A stretch of 64,000 bases of DNA from Tubiluchus corallicola (GCA_030141605.1 JAQGDQ010000726.1:17422-81421); one strand, 5' to 3'. Positions 1 to 13,322 are shown, counted from the stretch's first letter. Program-made: numbers and translations. Notes: generated from the sequence alone by a model not told the origin.

Positions 1-179
1 CATATAGCTGTTCCCCATCCCACAAGAGTAATTACTCGGTTTATGTAACTAATTCTGTCAGATATAGGCAGTTTTGCAGGTCGAATATGTTCGCTGAACT
101 CAACAAGTATGTTTAATCGCAGAAAAGCAATATCATTGTCACGCCCATCAAATCCTTCGTGAATTTTGTAATGGTGAAC
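1..179 (-). CDS. S1A serine protease A, exon containing catalytic Asp (continues past window start)
   Basis: Acceptor ttattgcag, then phase-0 VHHYKIHEGFDGRDNDIAFLRLNILVEFSEHIRPAKLPISDRISYINRVITLVGWGTAI; NDIAxL and xGWG motifs of the trypsin fold. Confidence 0.9.
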
Positions 180-1032
180 CTGCAATAACAAAAACAACTA
201 AAATGGACACTTGCATATATTTCAATCTAGCCTGTCATTAGATATCAGAAAAAATCACTAAATATCAAATCCAGGCCTGCAAAAGTGACTGCAACGAAAT
301 TGGGGAAAGAGGTGCAAAAACATCCTTCATTAAACTGCAGTTCGGTGCTTCACCAGAGGAGAGGGGTTCGGACTTGCAGGGACAAACAATTGCGGGGCTA
401 ATAATTATCTCCATGAGTTAAAACATAAACAATAAAGCACTGTTGAAATGAATCAAAGCCACGGGAAATGAAAACCGGAAATCTCTGTAAGTGATTTTGT
501 AAGAGTAAAAACAACAAGTAAAGAAACCTAAACCCTATCACAACTTAACCTGTGAAATACAAAATTATTTGCATTGTTTGTATGCCTTAGAGTAACTAAT
601 ATCAATTTAAAGATGTGCAGAATTTTCTAGAGGACTAAAAAAACAGAGAAGTAATGAGAAAATTGGCCCGAAAGAAAGTCAACACGACATGACTGCAGTT
701 GTCACTTCAAAGTACAGCAAGTGTAGTCCGTCTCTGTAATATTATAACATTCCCATTATTATAACTTGCACACACGTAAAAGTCAGAATGAAAACTAATC
801 AGATAGAAACAAAGGGTGTGTAAATTCTTGCGCATGAGAGATGAGATATATGTAGAAATTAGTTTAATGTAAATCTGAGGATTACTTCCAACTGAAACGT
901 TCTCAAGGTTACAAGGAAAAATGTTAACATCATGCTATATATGGTGTTGACAGCCACATATTTCAACAAATGACATCAAGATATTACTAAATCTTTTATA
1001 TTATAGTATGTGATGGAGAAGATAAAACTTAC

Positions 1033-1108
1033 ATAGCGTTCTTTTCTTAGTTGATTTAAATAGATGCTTCCAAGTAATACCCTAATGTGTCGCCCTGCTG
1101 CTATGCCA
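1033..1108 (-). CDS. S1A serine protease A, internal exon
   Basis: ttttgcag acceptor and gtaagt donor; phase 2->0; (D)GIAAGRHIRVLLGSIYLNQLRKERY joins both neighbouring exons in frame. Confidence 0.85.
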
Positions 1109-1481
1109 CTGCAAAAGAATTATAACTGCATGTAAGCAATGTTAGCCTCATATTTTAAATGCTTCAATTCAACTACAATTGCATCTTAGATTTCTTACTC
1201 TGAAAAACGATAAAGCCTGAATTGTTACAAGTAATAAAATTAGTAGCTGAAAACACCTTGTACAAAAGCGACCTCTAGAATATTGATTACTGGAGGAAGC
1301 AGTATGATGTACACACACTTGTGTACACGTCTCTGGTATTTTTGTGTGACTTTAATTGCTGTTATGCAAATGGTAACAGAAATAAAAATCTATACAAATT
1401 TATATGAAAAGACTGTCTGCAGATATACATTTTATTTTAAGCACTATGTAGTACACACCACCTTATAGCATGAATACTTAC

Positions 1482-1591
1482 TCTTTAAAAGCGTGAGCTA
1501 CTGTTAGAACATGTCTGTCATCGATAAGCACTCCTCCAGCAACAACGCGAACATCAGGCTTCTCAGGCAAAGGAGGACGAAGTATCCTAAC
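1482..1591 (-). CDS. S1A serine protease A, exon containing catalytic His
   Basis: VRILRPPLPEKPDVRVVAGGVLIDDRHVLTVAHAFK, gtaagt donor, phase 0->2. Confidence 0.88.
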
Positions 1592-2793
1592 CTTCAATAA
1601 TGCATAATTGTTACTACACATTGAGAGCTTACGGGTTGCATTTCAGCACCAACAAAAGACGTTAAATTAACCCCTTACTGATGGGTACATGCATTTACCA
1701 ATTATCTGTGACGGGCAAAAACAGTGCCTTATTAACTTTCGGCTCCCCAAATTCAACAAAGTTTGGAAAAGAAACGACTAACGTACAAGTAAATTATATC
1801 TAAACAAAATAAGTTCATTTCCTTTCTTCCTTTTCTAAATTTTTGCAGCACCCGGGAGTGCGTTCACAGAATGTAACAACAGCTTGTGTTGTTCAGTTTT
1901 TTAAGCTGACTTGGTGTTTCTTTTGCATAATCAACTCACAGCCAATCCTTAAAGCTTATCAGCAATTGAAATGCCTAGAAACTATAAGTTCATTACCTTA
2001 TAACCAGCATGCATTTATTTTTGGTATGTTATTACATGAAAAATTGCATGCATTGTATGTGTTTTTTTTTTAAATTTGGAAAGATTTCATGGTATGATCA
2101 GACTAGAATTACAGTTAATTTCGCTGAATCGGACATTAACCTAATTGTTACTGTTCCATTCTGTACTTTTCACCTGATAGCTGTCAGACTTTGTCTTTCC
2201 AACAGTGAAAAATCCATTGCCATTTCAGAACCTGAATGATCCAGCAAGTAAATAAATGTGCACTGTAATTATATATCGAGCTACTTACTGGGGATCCTGG
2301 CTGTCACTTCAACAGTGCACTGGACCGTCGTTATAATTAGCTGCATCCAGCCTAGGACAGACCCAAATGTAACTGTTACATTCTGGTACACAAGTTCCAT
2401 AGTACCCTTATGATGGGGGATGTCAAAACTAAACAAATATTCGACGTCGTGAAGGAGATGCAAAGTAAGAAATCTTGACTCTGTTGTTCAAAATCGTAAT
2501 TTAATTTTTGTCTTTAGAACTTCTCAATGCACTTTGTGAAACCACAAAAAAGTGGTTTATTGCAGTAGTAACTACACTATTGTCATCACTTTAACCCGAA
2601 CAATTTGATTATAAAAAAATAACCTTTGTTGCTCCTGCCCAAGAAAATTGGTCAGACCGTGAACAAAAATACAGCCTTGCCAGCTTTAGATCCTGAGTAT
2701 GTGTTACCATTCTAGCATCATGTTAAAATTGAAAAATGAAGTAAAATAGAAAAAGTGGAAAAAGCTACTTTTTGAACAACAACAAAAACACAC

Positions 2794-2858
2794 CATGAAA
2801 GGAAATTCCCCTTCTTCTGCATTTTCTCCACCATGAAGTCTAGGTTCAGCCGACAACT
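2794..2858 (-). CDS. S1A serine protease A, activation-site exon
   Basis: ttacag acceptor; LSAEPR|LHGGENAEEGEFPFM; phase 1->0; same intron position as protease B. Confidence 0.85.
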
Positions 2859-2985
2859 CTGTAACAAGTGTTGTAGTTTACTTATAAATAAATGGCGAAA
2901 AAGCAAATTTGTGCTTTCCAGTATCATTACATTTTGTAAATAAGTCATTAATTTCACATCCGTGAAGCCACATTAGTTAATATTT

Positions 2986-3742
2986 GTTCCAGATTGCAAG
3001 GTTTATAATGTACTCAATCCAAGTTGCAAGGTTTATAATATACTTAATCCAAGTTGCAAGGTTTATAATATACTTAATCCAAGTTGCAAGGTTTATAATA
3101 AACTTAATCCAAGTTGCAAGGTTTATAAGATACTTAATCCAAGTTGCAAGGTTTATAATATACTCAATTCAAGTTGCAAGGTTTATAATGTACTCAATCC
3201 AAGTTGCAAGGTTTATAATATACTTAATTCAAGTTGCAAGGTTTATAATAAACCCAATCGAAGTTGCAAGGTTTATAATATACTTAATCCAAGTTGCAAG
3301 GTTCATAATGTACTCAATCCAAGTTGCAAGGTTGATAATATATTCAATCCAAGTTGCAAGGTTTATAATATACTTAATCCAAGTTGCAAGGTTTATAATA
3401 TACTTAATCCAAGTTGCAAGGTTCATAATGTACTCAATCCAAGTTGCAAGGTTGATAATATACTCAATCAAGACATTTTCTGCTTTGACAACACTTTAAT
3501 GATGTCTTGTCTTCTCATCCATATGAGATGATTAGAGTAAAATGATGGAGAAATGTTTCATTTCGCAATTTTAATGCAAATTTAAGGTAAGGTTAAGATT
3601 AATTGTTGCAATTCTAACTATGTCTAACCTGTTTCATTTGAACCTGGGGTAATCGCGGAAGATGAAACTGCTACAGACAGACATGTGTCAATGCAGATCC
3701 AAGTTGTAAACAAGAACAAAAGTGTAGTCGCAAGACAAAGTT
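2986..3742 (+). mobile_element. Truncated copy of a satellite-carrying non-autonomous element (about 16 x 30-bp units plus ~270-bp unique segment)
   Basis: Unit AAGTTGCAAGGTTTATAATATACTTAATCC at 2986-3470; 3471-3742 is the reverse complement of 57490-57760. Confidence 0.85.
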
Positions 3743-5249
3743 CTCTAGGTGCTAATGAATGAAATTGCTGAAAAATGTTAATGTCAAAGAGTAAACGATA
3801 CAATAGTAGTTGTACTTGATGATCTAAAGAATGTCAAAAAATAGCAACAATTACTACTTTTAATTATTGTAGAATTTTACTGCCATCTTAAAAATTGTGC
3901 TTGTGAAATACTGAAGGTCTTACAGTACTCGTGCTGTTCTCTTTCAGGTTTCGTTGCTCAGTTTAATTTAGTTTGTTGTCATAAAAATATTTATAAATAT
4001 GCAAACTTATTAAAACTGGTAAATGAAAATGAAATGATGAACATTCGACATAAAAATAAATACGTTTCTGAACAAAAAAAATACGTCAATTTTATCATAC
4101 AAACCCATTAAGCCAGACTTATAGGAGCAAATAAAATGATCCAATAATATAAAATCAATATAAAAAAGTTACAGTATTAATTTTATTTTATTTTTAAAAA
4201 CACTGCCTGCAATTTAGTTACTCTGATATCAAATGCCAAGTTATTCCAAAAATAGGGCCCTCATAAACGATAAAATTTTTGATAAAACCACAGTTCTTAT
4301 TTTCGGAATATAAGTAATGATGCAGGTGGTGTATGGATGGTTTTATAAATACAAGTGCCTTTGGTGATTGAGCATAAACATCAAATTATTAAACTCGCGT
4401 GTTGAATAAAGTAGTATGAAGTCCAATGTAACATTAGCATGATCGCGTAGCTTTATTGTAGCACATACATGTAGCAATAATATGTCTTGACATACAGCTG
4501 AAATATTGCAGAGAGAAGTTATACAGGAACACAAGAGTAAAGTTCAGAGTCTCCATGGTCAGCTGCCTTCTTTCAGACCTTTATGTACAGATTCCAGTTC
4601 CTAAATTGATGTAGACTATTTTAGTCAATGTTACAGAATTATAGATAACTTTCCCGAGCAATGGACGTGTGCTGATCTGTCACCATGATAATGTCTCCTG
4701 TTGGCTGAGCAAGTTCAACTGAATATTGACTGGTCCAGTTGGAGTCACATTTTGTTCTTGAAATGATAAAGCGACACACATTCTCACAAACTCCCTCACT
4801 GTAACTGGTTACAGCACGTAAATAAATGAAAAACGGGGAAATATTGGTACTAGTAAGTTTCGTACAGCTAGGTAAATTTTGTCCTGGTAATTTTGGTACG
4901 AGGAAATTTTAGAAGCAGAAAAAGTTGCTAACGCACCAATCCATTTAAGAGAACGAAAGCTGGTAGCCCCTTGCTTGATTGGTGATCAAATCTAGCATAA
5001 CTGAATGTCAGAAGATATGTTTGTATTGGCCAAGTTTAATATTCCTTTCGTGATTATATTTTTGATATAATAAATGATTAATTCATGTTTGGGCAGTAAG
5101 ACAGCAATACGAATTTTGGAAATAATTATGATGATAATGACGATGTTAACAACGTATGGTGGTGCTGATGGTGATGACGATGACAATGATGATGATGATT
5201 GAAGTAGTCGTTGTGGTGGTGGTGGTGGAGATATCTTGCTCGCATACCT

Positions 5250-6150
5250 AAAGGTTTGCCTGGTACATGCCCTGGATTCAAGTCACAGCGTCCCATGAAA
5301 GCCAGGCCACAACCTCGCCTGTACTGGGCCAGCAATCTTAACTATAGTACGAGTAGGAAGCGGCAAGCCATCACTGGCCCTGTTAAGGTGTGCCTGTACA
5401 TGCCCTGAATTCAAGTCACACCGCCACACAAAAGCCAGGCCACAACCTCGCCAGTACTGGGCTAGCAATGTTTACTAAATTATGACTAGGAAGTGGCATG
5501 CCATCACTGGCCCTGTTAAGATTTGCCTGTACATGGCCTGAATTCAAGTCACACCGCCACACAAAAGCCAGGCCACAACCTCGCCAGTACTGGGCTAGCA
5601 ATGTTAACTAAATTATGACTAGGAAGTGGCATGCCAACACTGGCCCTGTTAAGGTTTGCCTGTACATGACCTGAATTCAAGTCACACCGCCACACAAAAG
5701 CCAGGCCACAACCTCGCCAGTACTGGGCTAGCAATGTTAACTAAATTATGACTAGGAAGTGGCATGCCATCACTGGCCCTGTTAAGGTTTGCCTGTACAT
5801 GGCCTGAATTCAAGTCACACCGCCACACAAAAGCCAGGCCACAACCTCGCCAGTACTGGGCTAGCAATGTTAACTAAATTATGACTAGGAAGTGGCATGC
5901 CATCACTGGCCCTGTTAAGGTGTGCCTGTACATGCCCTTGATTCAGCAACCTCGCCTGTACTGGGCCAGAAAACTTAACTATATTATTATTAGGAAGTGG
6001 CATGCCATCACTGGCACTGTTAAGGTGTGCCTGTACATGGCCTTGATTAAGCAAAAACTCGCCAGTACTGGGACAGCAATGTTATCATTGGCAAAGTTTG
6101 CCTTTATGCTGGAATTGGCCCATGAAATCGGCCAATACTGGGCAACTATT
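5250..6150. repeat. GC-rich 133-bp tandem repeat (about 5 units plus shortened terminal units)
   Basis: GAATTCAAGTCACACCGCC recurs at 133-bp spacing; this explains the repeated 61-aa ORFs. Confidence 0.9.
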
Positions 6151-8791
6151 GACATCACAAAATAATGTAATTTTAAACAGCAAAAATCTTATGCTAGAGG
6201 AAAAATTAAAGTACAGTGCTACTGTAAGTTATTCAACATGTTGTACAAAAGCTAGGCATGTTCTTGGATAAAAAATCAAATTTCAAAAGTACCACAGTGC
6301 TCACGCATAAGCAGTCTAATGTGCCTAGTTCGATAGAAACTAACACATCTGAACTGAGAGGTACAGCTCCTGTTTCTGTGTAATGTGTTTCCGAAATTGC
6401 ATTCGCTAGTCCCCGTCTAAGTAACGAATGGCGAAATACGTGTAATATCGAAAAACTAGTGGCGCGAATTCAAAATTGTGTTTGTGTGTTAATAATTCTT
6501 TCACATAATTCATTTTTGGAAAATTGTATGTTTCTTAAGACTTTGAAAAGTAGATTGTTGTGACATACAGTTTAATATTAGGTTCAGTTTTGCTTTAAGC
6601 AGTAATAGACGCCAGTTGTCATCTGTTCATTATTTTTTATTATTTAAAATAATTTAACAAAAACTAACCATTGTCATCTGAGCAGTTATTAATGAGACTG
6701 GTGTAGGTAAACGTGTCAAACCAAAAACCGCGTATTCCCCACTGAAAAAGCTGTAGCCAATGGATATATTTAAGCACACAGTCTTAACAGCATTTCTAAA
6801 AATAGAAAAATTTAGGAAGTTGTAAATGCAGTACGAGTTTTTGTAGAACACACATCAGCAAAATGTTTGTTATTATCACATATCCAAGTTCTAGAACGAA
6901 CAAAAAATTCGAAGTTAACACGCGCTTGTGAAGAATTGTTCTAAAACTTTTCATTGTCTTTCCAGTGCAAAGTGCATCACAACAAGTACCGCCATCTCTA
7001 AGCATTCTATGAATGCAACAAGGATGGTATAGTTCACTGCTGTGGAAGTACTTGTAATTTTTACAAACATACGGACAGGTAACCAATTTTAGAGTAAAAG
7101 TACTATCCTTTTACATTTTTTAATTAATATGATGTTCTTTTCCTTTCGGAAAATAAAAAAAACCAGAGTGACACGATGCTGTGAGCATCTGTTTTAGACG
7201 AGTGTAGCTATAATAGCTGTGTGTACTAGGACAAAAGGCTGTTAGAAAAGTACTAGATATGACTTTCAAACTCCTAATTACTGGTTGGTGGCTTAACCCT
7301 TTATAAAGGAAAGAAATTGTGTACTTCTGTTTTGTCATAAAATGGTTTTATCATAAGATATTTGAAATAAAAAAAGTAATTTAGAGTACATGTTTAGCAG
7401 TAACTAATATTATTTTTCTCATTAATGGTAACTTTATCTGATATGTTAAATATCTCCTCCAGGGACGGAGTCAAATTTTGCTATTGCATTACAAGGGTCC
7501 ATGGCTTCTTACAAGTATAGAATGATGTTCTTTGTTTTACATTGTTGCATCACATATTTACGATAATAGATTCCATAGTTTCGTTTTTGTTAACTCCTTG
7601 AGGACCGCTAGGTTCAAAATACGTCTCCAAAAATTACCCAGATAATTTTCAGATTAGCATTAGTACTAGTTGTTATATTACTGAGACAGCAAGTAAGAGT
7701 ATTCAGAGATATGCAAAATATATGCAAATTACTGTAATTCATCAATTTGCCGAATCTGGGTCAGAGGATTTATGGATAAGGATCTTGTTCAAGATGTCTT
7801 CAGATCTTTAACTACCTCATTGGCGTTCTAAGAATGAAACGTTCTGAAATGAGCTCGACATATCCCTGTGGTCCAACTAAATAATTTATTGTTACCAGAT
7901 ATATCCCTTATCAGTGAGGCAGTTCTGGCAATAGCAGTTTTCATCACACATATGAGGAGTGGGGTTTAGACTCAAAACGTACTTATTATATGATATGCAC
8001 TTAGGGAGTCCTGTTGTAATTTCATTTGCCTCATGTGAGTTTTCCTTTTTTCTTTTTTTTTCTCATCTGGTAACTTGCAGTGGTGGTTTGAAACTTCACA
8101 TAATTTTATTGTTAATTTCAATCAACTGATTCATATCTGATAAGTTTTCCTTTCAATGGTGCAATTAAATTAAATCTGTAAAAATTTCAACAATACTAAT
8201 TATGATAATAGTTTACACATTGCAAATAAACAAACTATCATTTAAGAAATCGGTACACTAACTCTATTCAAAGCTGCACTTTTTCTAATTAAGTTAGATA
8301 GTTAACTAGGCAATTAAAGTAGTTAATTAGTCAGTCGGTCAGTTCATTATTCTGGTACAGTTATAGCATGCACTTCCTTTGAAACGCTATAAAACATTAT
8401 CATAACAATGACTGACCTGCACATTTTCAAAATATCTAAAAAATTTACTTTTAAATATTGTCCATGTTGCTGCAAAAAATTACCCCACGTATCACACAAC
8501 ATTTTGTTAGACTGAGAGAAATGCTAACTTGTATGCCAAAGGAAATACATGTTAATGAAATATTTCCCAATACTGAACATAGATGTTAAATATGAACTGG
8601 AAATTCTTAAACAAATTTCAACCATGTCCACACACATTTATATATTCTGTTTCTTATTACTATGTTCAAAAATGTCATAAAAAACTCGATTGGGCGCATT
8701 AGATGTAAGCAGTAATGTGTGCACCAAACAAAATTAAAAATATAAATAATTATTATCAAATTAACAACTGCAGATGAAGGCCTGCACGGGA

Positions 8792-9120
8792 TAGGCTTAA
8801 GCATCGAACATTCAAACTCAAACGAGTTTTTCTAGTTGGAAATCATAGACTAAAATAATAGATGCAGCACGTCAAATAAATGCAGCTTCGTCACTAAAAC
8901 TTTTGTAACATCATGCTATCAGAACATTTAGTTGTAGTTTCAATGCACAATTTTCAATGTTCTATTGCAGATTAAAACCGAATAATACATAATTGCCGTC
9001 CTTTTTGTATGACCGAATTTTCTTAATTATTCGAAAATCTTGAAAATGGAAATTTGTTTTGATTGGAGTTCGAAAGTCATAGATTCGATTTGTTTCAAAT
9101 TCAGTTTCTGGAAGAGGATC
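8792..9120 (-). mobile_element. Old degraded copy of the hAT MITE at 42793-43198
   Basis: Colinear similarity to the reverse complement of the 42.8-kb MITE (AACGAGTTTTT, AACATCATGCTAT, GCACAATTTT, TTCGAAAGTCA, TTTCTGG). Confidence 0.65.
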
Positions 9121-9432
9121 TTTGGTCTTGCTGTTCATCGCACAGGATAGATGCAAACTTCTCATGATGCGTGTTAGTAAAATGCAGTTTCAAATTGTTT
9201 CCATGTACCTTAGTATTATTAACTTCATAAAATATTTTGTTATCACATTCCATTACAAGGTGTTTCATAATTGAGTTTTGAAATTTCTTTTTTTTTCGAA
9301 AAAAATTTGCTCATTCGACTTTTCAGTAGACTTGAGAGTTATGAAGCCATTAATTTTGTCATGCTACCAAGACCTCCGTGCATGCACATGCGCAGTTACG
9401 CACAAAAACAACCAGATATCTATGTGCACATC

Positions 9433-12400
9433 ATGCATGATCCATTTCATGAAGAAGGACAAAGAACCTCAAACACTCCAATCCAAACGTCAAGGCCAGA
9501 CATGAGCGTGTACATTAGTTGTTTATTCTGCTAAAATATATAAATGTAAATAAACAAATTGTTGCAAATTTTGTGAAAATAATGACTTTAAATTAGTACA
9601 TTTGCAAAGACTTTAATATAAAATTCCAGCTTAATTTTAGTTAGTACAATTATTAATGCTGTGATTACTTAAATGAATTAACTGCCTAATTCACGTTCAC
9701 ACTGCGCATTAATGAAAAATGTTTATAAATAAGTTAATAAACCCTGTTCAATATGAGTACCACACAAATAAATTACATAAACTTACATTACACAGTAATA
9801 AGCTGTCATTATAATGCAACACATTTCATATATACAGTTAATTCCTGTACCTAATCTAAACTGCAAAAGTTATTTAATTACGTAAAAGTAAATCACATCC
9901 TTGCCTAAACATTAGAGCACCATTAGAGAACTGTAACAGCAAATTGACAATAAACACAAATTGCAACTGAAAAATGCAGGAAATAATTTAATTAACTCAA
10001 TAAGACTCAATAAGTTCTACCAATTACATGTGACCAGCCCCAACATATCATTGCAAAGTGTCTGCAGCATTTCACAAAACCAGGTGCCTAAAATCACTAA
10101 AAATGAAATCACCTGACAGGTAAGTTAAGGCAACTGCCTGTTGGCTTGAGAGGGCAGCACTGTCCAACACATTACCCCTCCCCCCCCAAAAAAAATACTC
10201 CTAACAAAAGCAGTTTATCTTAAAACTTATCCAATTTTTCCAATAAACATATGTTTTTGTATTGGCCTCTTAACAACAGCATTTGAAGTTTCAAACTGTA
10301 CTGACCAAACTAAACCATCAAGCCCGTGTAAAAACCTCACAAACCCTTCCTAAACACCGCTGATTCCATAGCAGATTGCTATCAACTGCCAAAGCCAAGT
10401 CACCAACTTCCAGGTTATCTGATACCTTTTTATATTTCGGATGCTTCTGAAGCAGCGGCAAATACGCCAACAGCCAACGCTCCCAAAACAGATCAGATAA
10501 CTTATCAGATTAGAAACTGGACTTGTCTCCATCGTGTCCTATACAGATCATGTCCATCAAATAATCCAGGTGGAAGTGTAGCTCCAGATCTCAGCAACAA
10601 TAAATGGTTTGGCTAAAGAGGTTCCATGTCTTTGGGATCATCTGATACCACAGTGATAAGACGCCCGTTGATGAAAGCTTCAACATTGCACATCAGTGTG
10701 GCCAAACCTTCATCATCCAAGCTTTGTTCCATAGCCACAGAAGATAACATTCTCCTGAAAAAAAACAGTCATTCTCTTCCACACCCCACCATGATTTGAT
10801 GAGGCAGGAGTATTAAATAGCCATTGCACATTTTTCTGGCACAGCACATCCTCAATTCTGCTTTGATTCCATCCTTACATAGCTGTCCTCAATTCCTTGT
10901 TTGAACCAGCATAATTGGTCCCGTTATTAGACCTGATCATTTCAGGTATGCCACGTCTACTTATAAACCTGAATAAAGCATTTATGAAACTGCCCGCGTC
11001 TAATTAGTGAAGGACTTCGATGTGGACGGCTCTAGTCAGCAAACAAAAAAGACGCATCCATGCCTCGTCACCAATGGCCGACTTCTCTTAGCCATAGAGA
11101 GTCCAAGGCAATCAACTTCGACTTTCATGAATGGAGCTGGTGCAGGAGTAACCCTATCTGTAGCAAGTCAGCCATCTTTTGAGTTAAAGGAGCAGCATCA
11201 CGAATTCTCCACTTTATGCATCTAGACAACACTCCTCGTATTGCAGGTCTGGCATTCACAATGCTAAGTCACTCTCGAATCCTAGAAAGTACATACTGTC
11301 TACCGAGTGTCATGTTCTTTCATGATAATGCTGAATGATAAGTGACACAACATGATACTTCTTAGGCAGTATCATTGGATGCTTAGCATCATCAGACAAT
11401 TGTGAATATTTCAGAAGACCACCTACACAAATCGCTGCATTCAAAACAATTGGATCCAGTTTATACACCACACACATCTCGAAAGCTTTGACCTTCTTTT
11501 GTCCACATCAGACTCTGAGTCAAGACCAGCCTTGTCTTCCAAAAAATGCTTCAACTGAACGTACTTCACAATACTAACTTCAGCTTGCCTCATTTCACTC
11601 ACTGTCAAGCGTCCTGATGGTACTGCCAGATCAGATGTCCTCAGTTTGCTGAGCAAAATTTCTTTCAATCAGGATATCCATGCCACACTCTTCATCAAGC
11701 AACTGATCTGCTTTTCTTCAACCAAGATAAATTAATGATCTTCAAACCTGAAACGAGGTAAATATGTTATAAAGCGGATGTGTGTTAGGGAGGTATGAAA
11801 ATAATCTACAGTAAACAAACTGAGTCTTTTTTACACACAGAGCCCCAGGCAAAATCATGTAGATGTACAGTTATGACTTGGCCAATATTTCAGTAACAGC
11901 AACGTACTTTGGTCTGTAGCTTACATGCATTTAAGCATTAATTTAACTACATTATAATTTAAATTAAATTAATTTAATTTTGTCCAAAACCAGTTTGTCA
12001 GAAAACAGTACAAGAACTTCCTTCTGGTTTAGTGCAAGTTATGTCAAAGGCCTTTAAAAATAAATTTACCCAAATACTGTATGAAGCCAAATCACAGATA
12101 ATAAGCTAATACCATAGTCCAAAATTAGAAGCAAAAAACAGGTTACGGCCTTTACAAATTTTATAAATACCGCCACTATAGATGCATTAGTCATTACAAC
12201 CACAACTAACAAATTACAATACAAAATAAGAATACAATGACAATATATACATAGCTGCTCATGTAGTTTTTGCACGACAGGGCTACATGCTACACGAAGT
12301 ATTCAGGCTACATGCAAGAGTCCATTGACAGCAAACAGGGCTAGTTGATCCAGAAGCTTGCGTACGGTAATAAACAATGAATGTATGACCCATTTCATCA

Positions 12401-13042
12401 AGAATGACCAAGAATGCTCAAACACTCCAATCCAAACATCAAGTGCAGATATAAGCTTGTGTACATTAGTTGTTTATTCTGTTAAAAATATATAAATGTG
12501 AATAAATAAATTGTTGCATATTTTCTGAAAAAAATGACTTTAAATTAGCACATTTGCAAAGACTTTAATATAAAATCAAAGTTTAATTTCAGTTAATACA
12601 ATTATTAATGTTGTGATTACTTAAGTAAATTAACTGATTAATTCACGTTCACACTGCAGAATAATAAAAAATGTTTATAAATAAGTTAATAAACTGCTTC
12701 AATATGAGTACCACACAAATAAATCACATAAAGTAACATTACACAGTAATAAGCTGCCATTGCAATGCAACACATTTCACATATACAGTTAATTCCAGTT
12801 GCTAATCAAAACTGCAAAAATTATTTAATTAAATAAAAGTAACTCACATCCTTGCCCAAACATTAGAGCACCATTAGAGAACTGTAACAGCAAATCGATA
12901 TTAAACACCAATTTCAACAGCAGACTGCAGGAAACAATTTAATTAACTCACCAAGACACAAGTTTTAGAAATTACATGTGACCAACCCCAATATATCAAG
13001 TTGGGGTAACTGCCTCAGAGGGCAGCACTGTCCGGCACAACA
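9433..13042 (-). mobile_element. Internally deleted, decayed BEL/Pao LTR retrotransposon
   Basis: Diverged direct repeats ~9433-10171 and ~12381-13042, both starting TG on the minus strand; G-rich polypurine tract (10175-10187) just before the 3' LTR; integrase remnants between the LTRs. Confidence 0.85.
10230..11750 (-). pseudogene. BEL/Pao pol C-terminus (integrase core plus DUF5641-type tail) with stops and frameshifts
   Basis: [41 protein letters not shown]...WLFNTPASSNHGGVWKR and WERWLLAYLPLLQKHPK...LEVGDLAL...LGRVCEVF...DGLVWSV. Confidence 0.9.
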
Positions 13043-13147
13043 TCCATACACACATTAAGAACCTAATGGCTATGATTAATCAAAGGAGACACTGAGTCAA
13101 GTAGAGTCAATTTGAACCCAGATTCAATGTTTTCAACCACTACATAT

Positions 13148-13164
13148 AATAATAATAAAATTGC

Positions 13165-13204
<40 letters not shown>

Positions 13205-13231
13205 TAATAATAATAATAATTTAATTAATAA

Positions 13232-13285
<54 letters not shown>

Positions 13286-13322
13286 CAATAACAGTAACAA
13301 CAACAATAACAATAATAATATA
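13148..13322. repeat. (TAT)n/(AAT)n microsatellite
   Basis: Direct inspection. Confidence 0.95.

Noticed and set aside
1700-2480. Extra minus-strand exon-like stretches inside protease A
   Set aside because: The 2794 and 1591 exons already join in frame, and the candidates give no recognisable protein.
2984-3499. 171-aa and 243-aa (57734-58465) [10 protein letters not shown] repeat ORFs
   Set aside because: Stop-free frames of a 30-bp satellite; the second lies inside a protease intron.
5283-6054. Four near-identical 61-aa ORFs as a peptide gene family
   Set aside because: By-product of a 133-bp repeat (not a multiple of 3), with non-ATG starts.
6796-7086. Cys-rich 96-aa ORF
   Set aside because: No recognisable cysteine pattern, splice context or ATG start.
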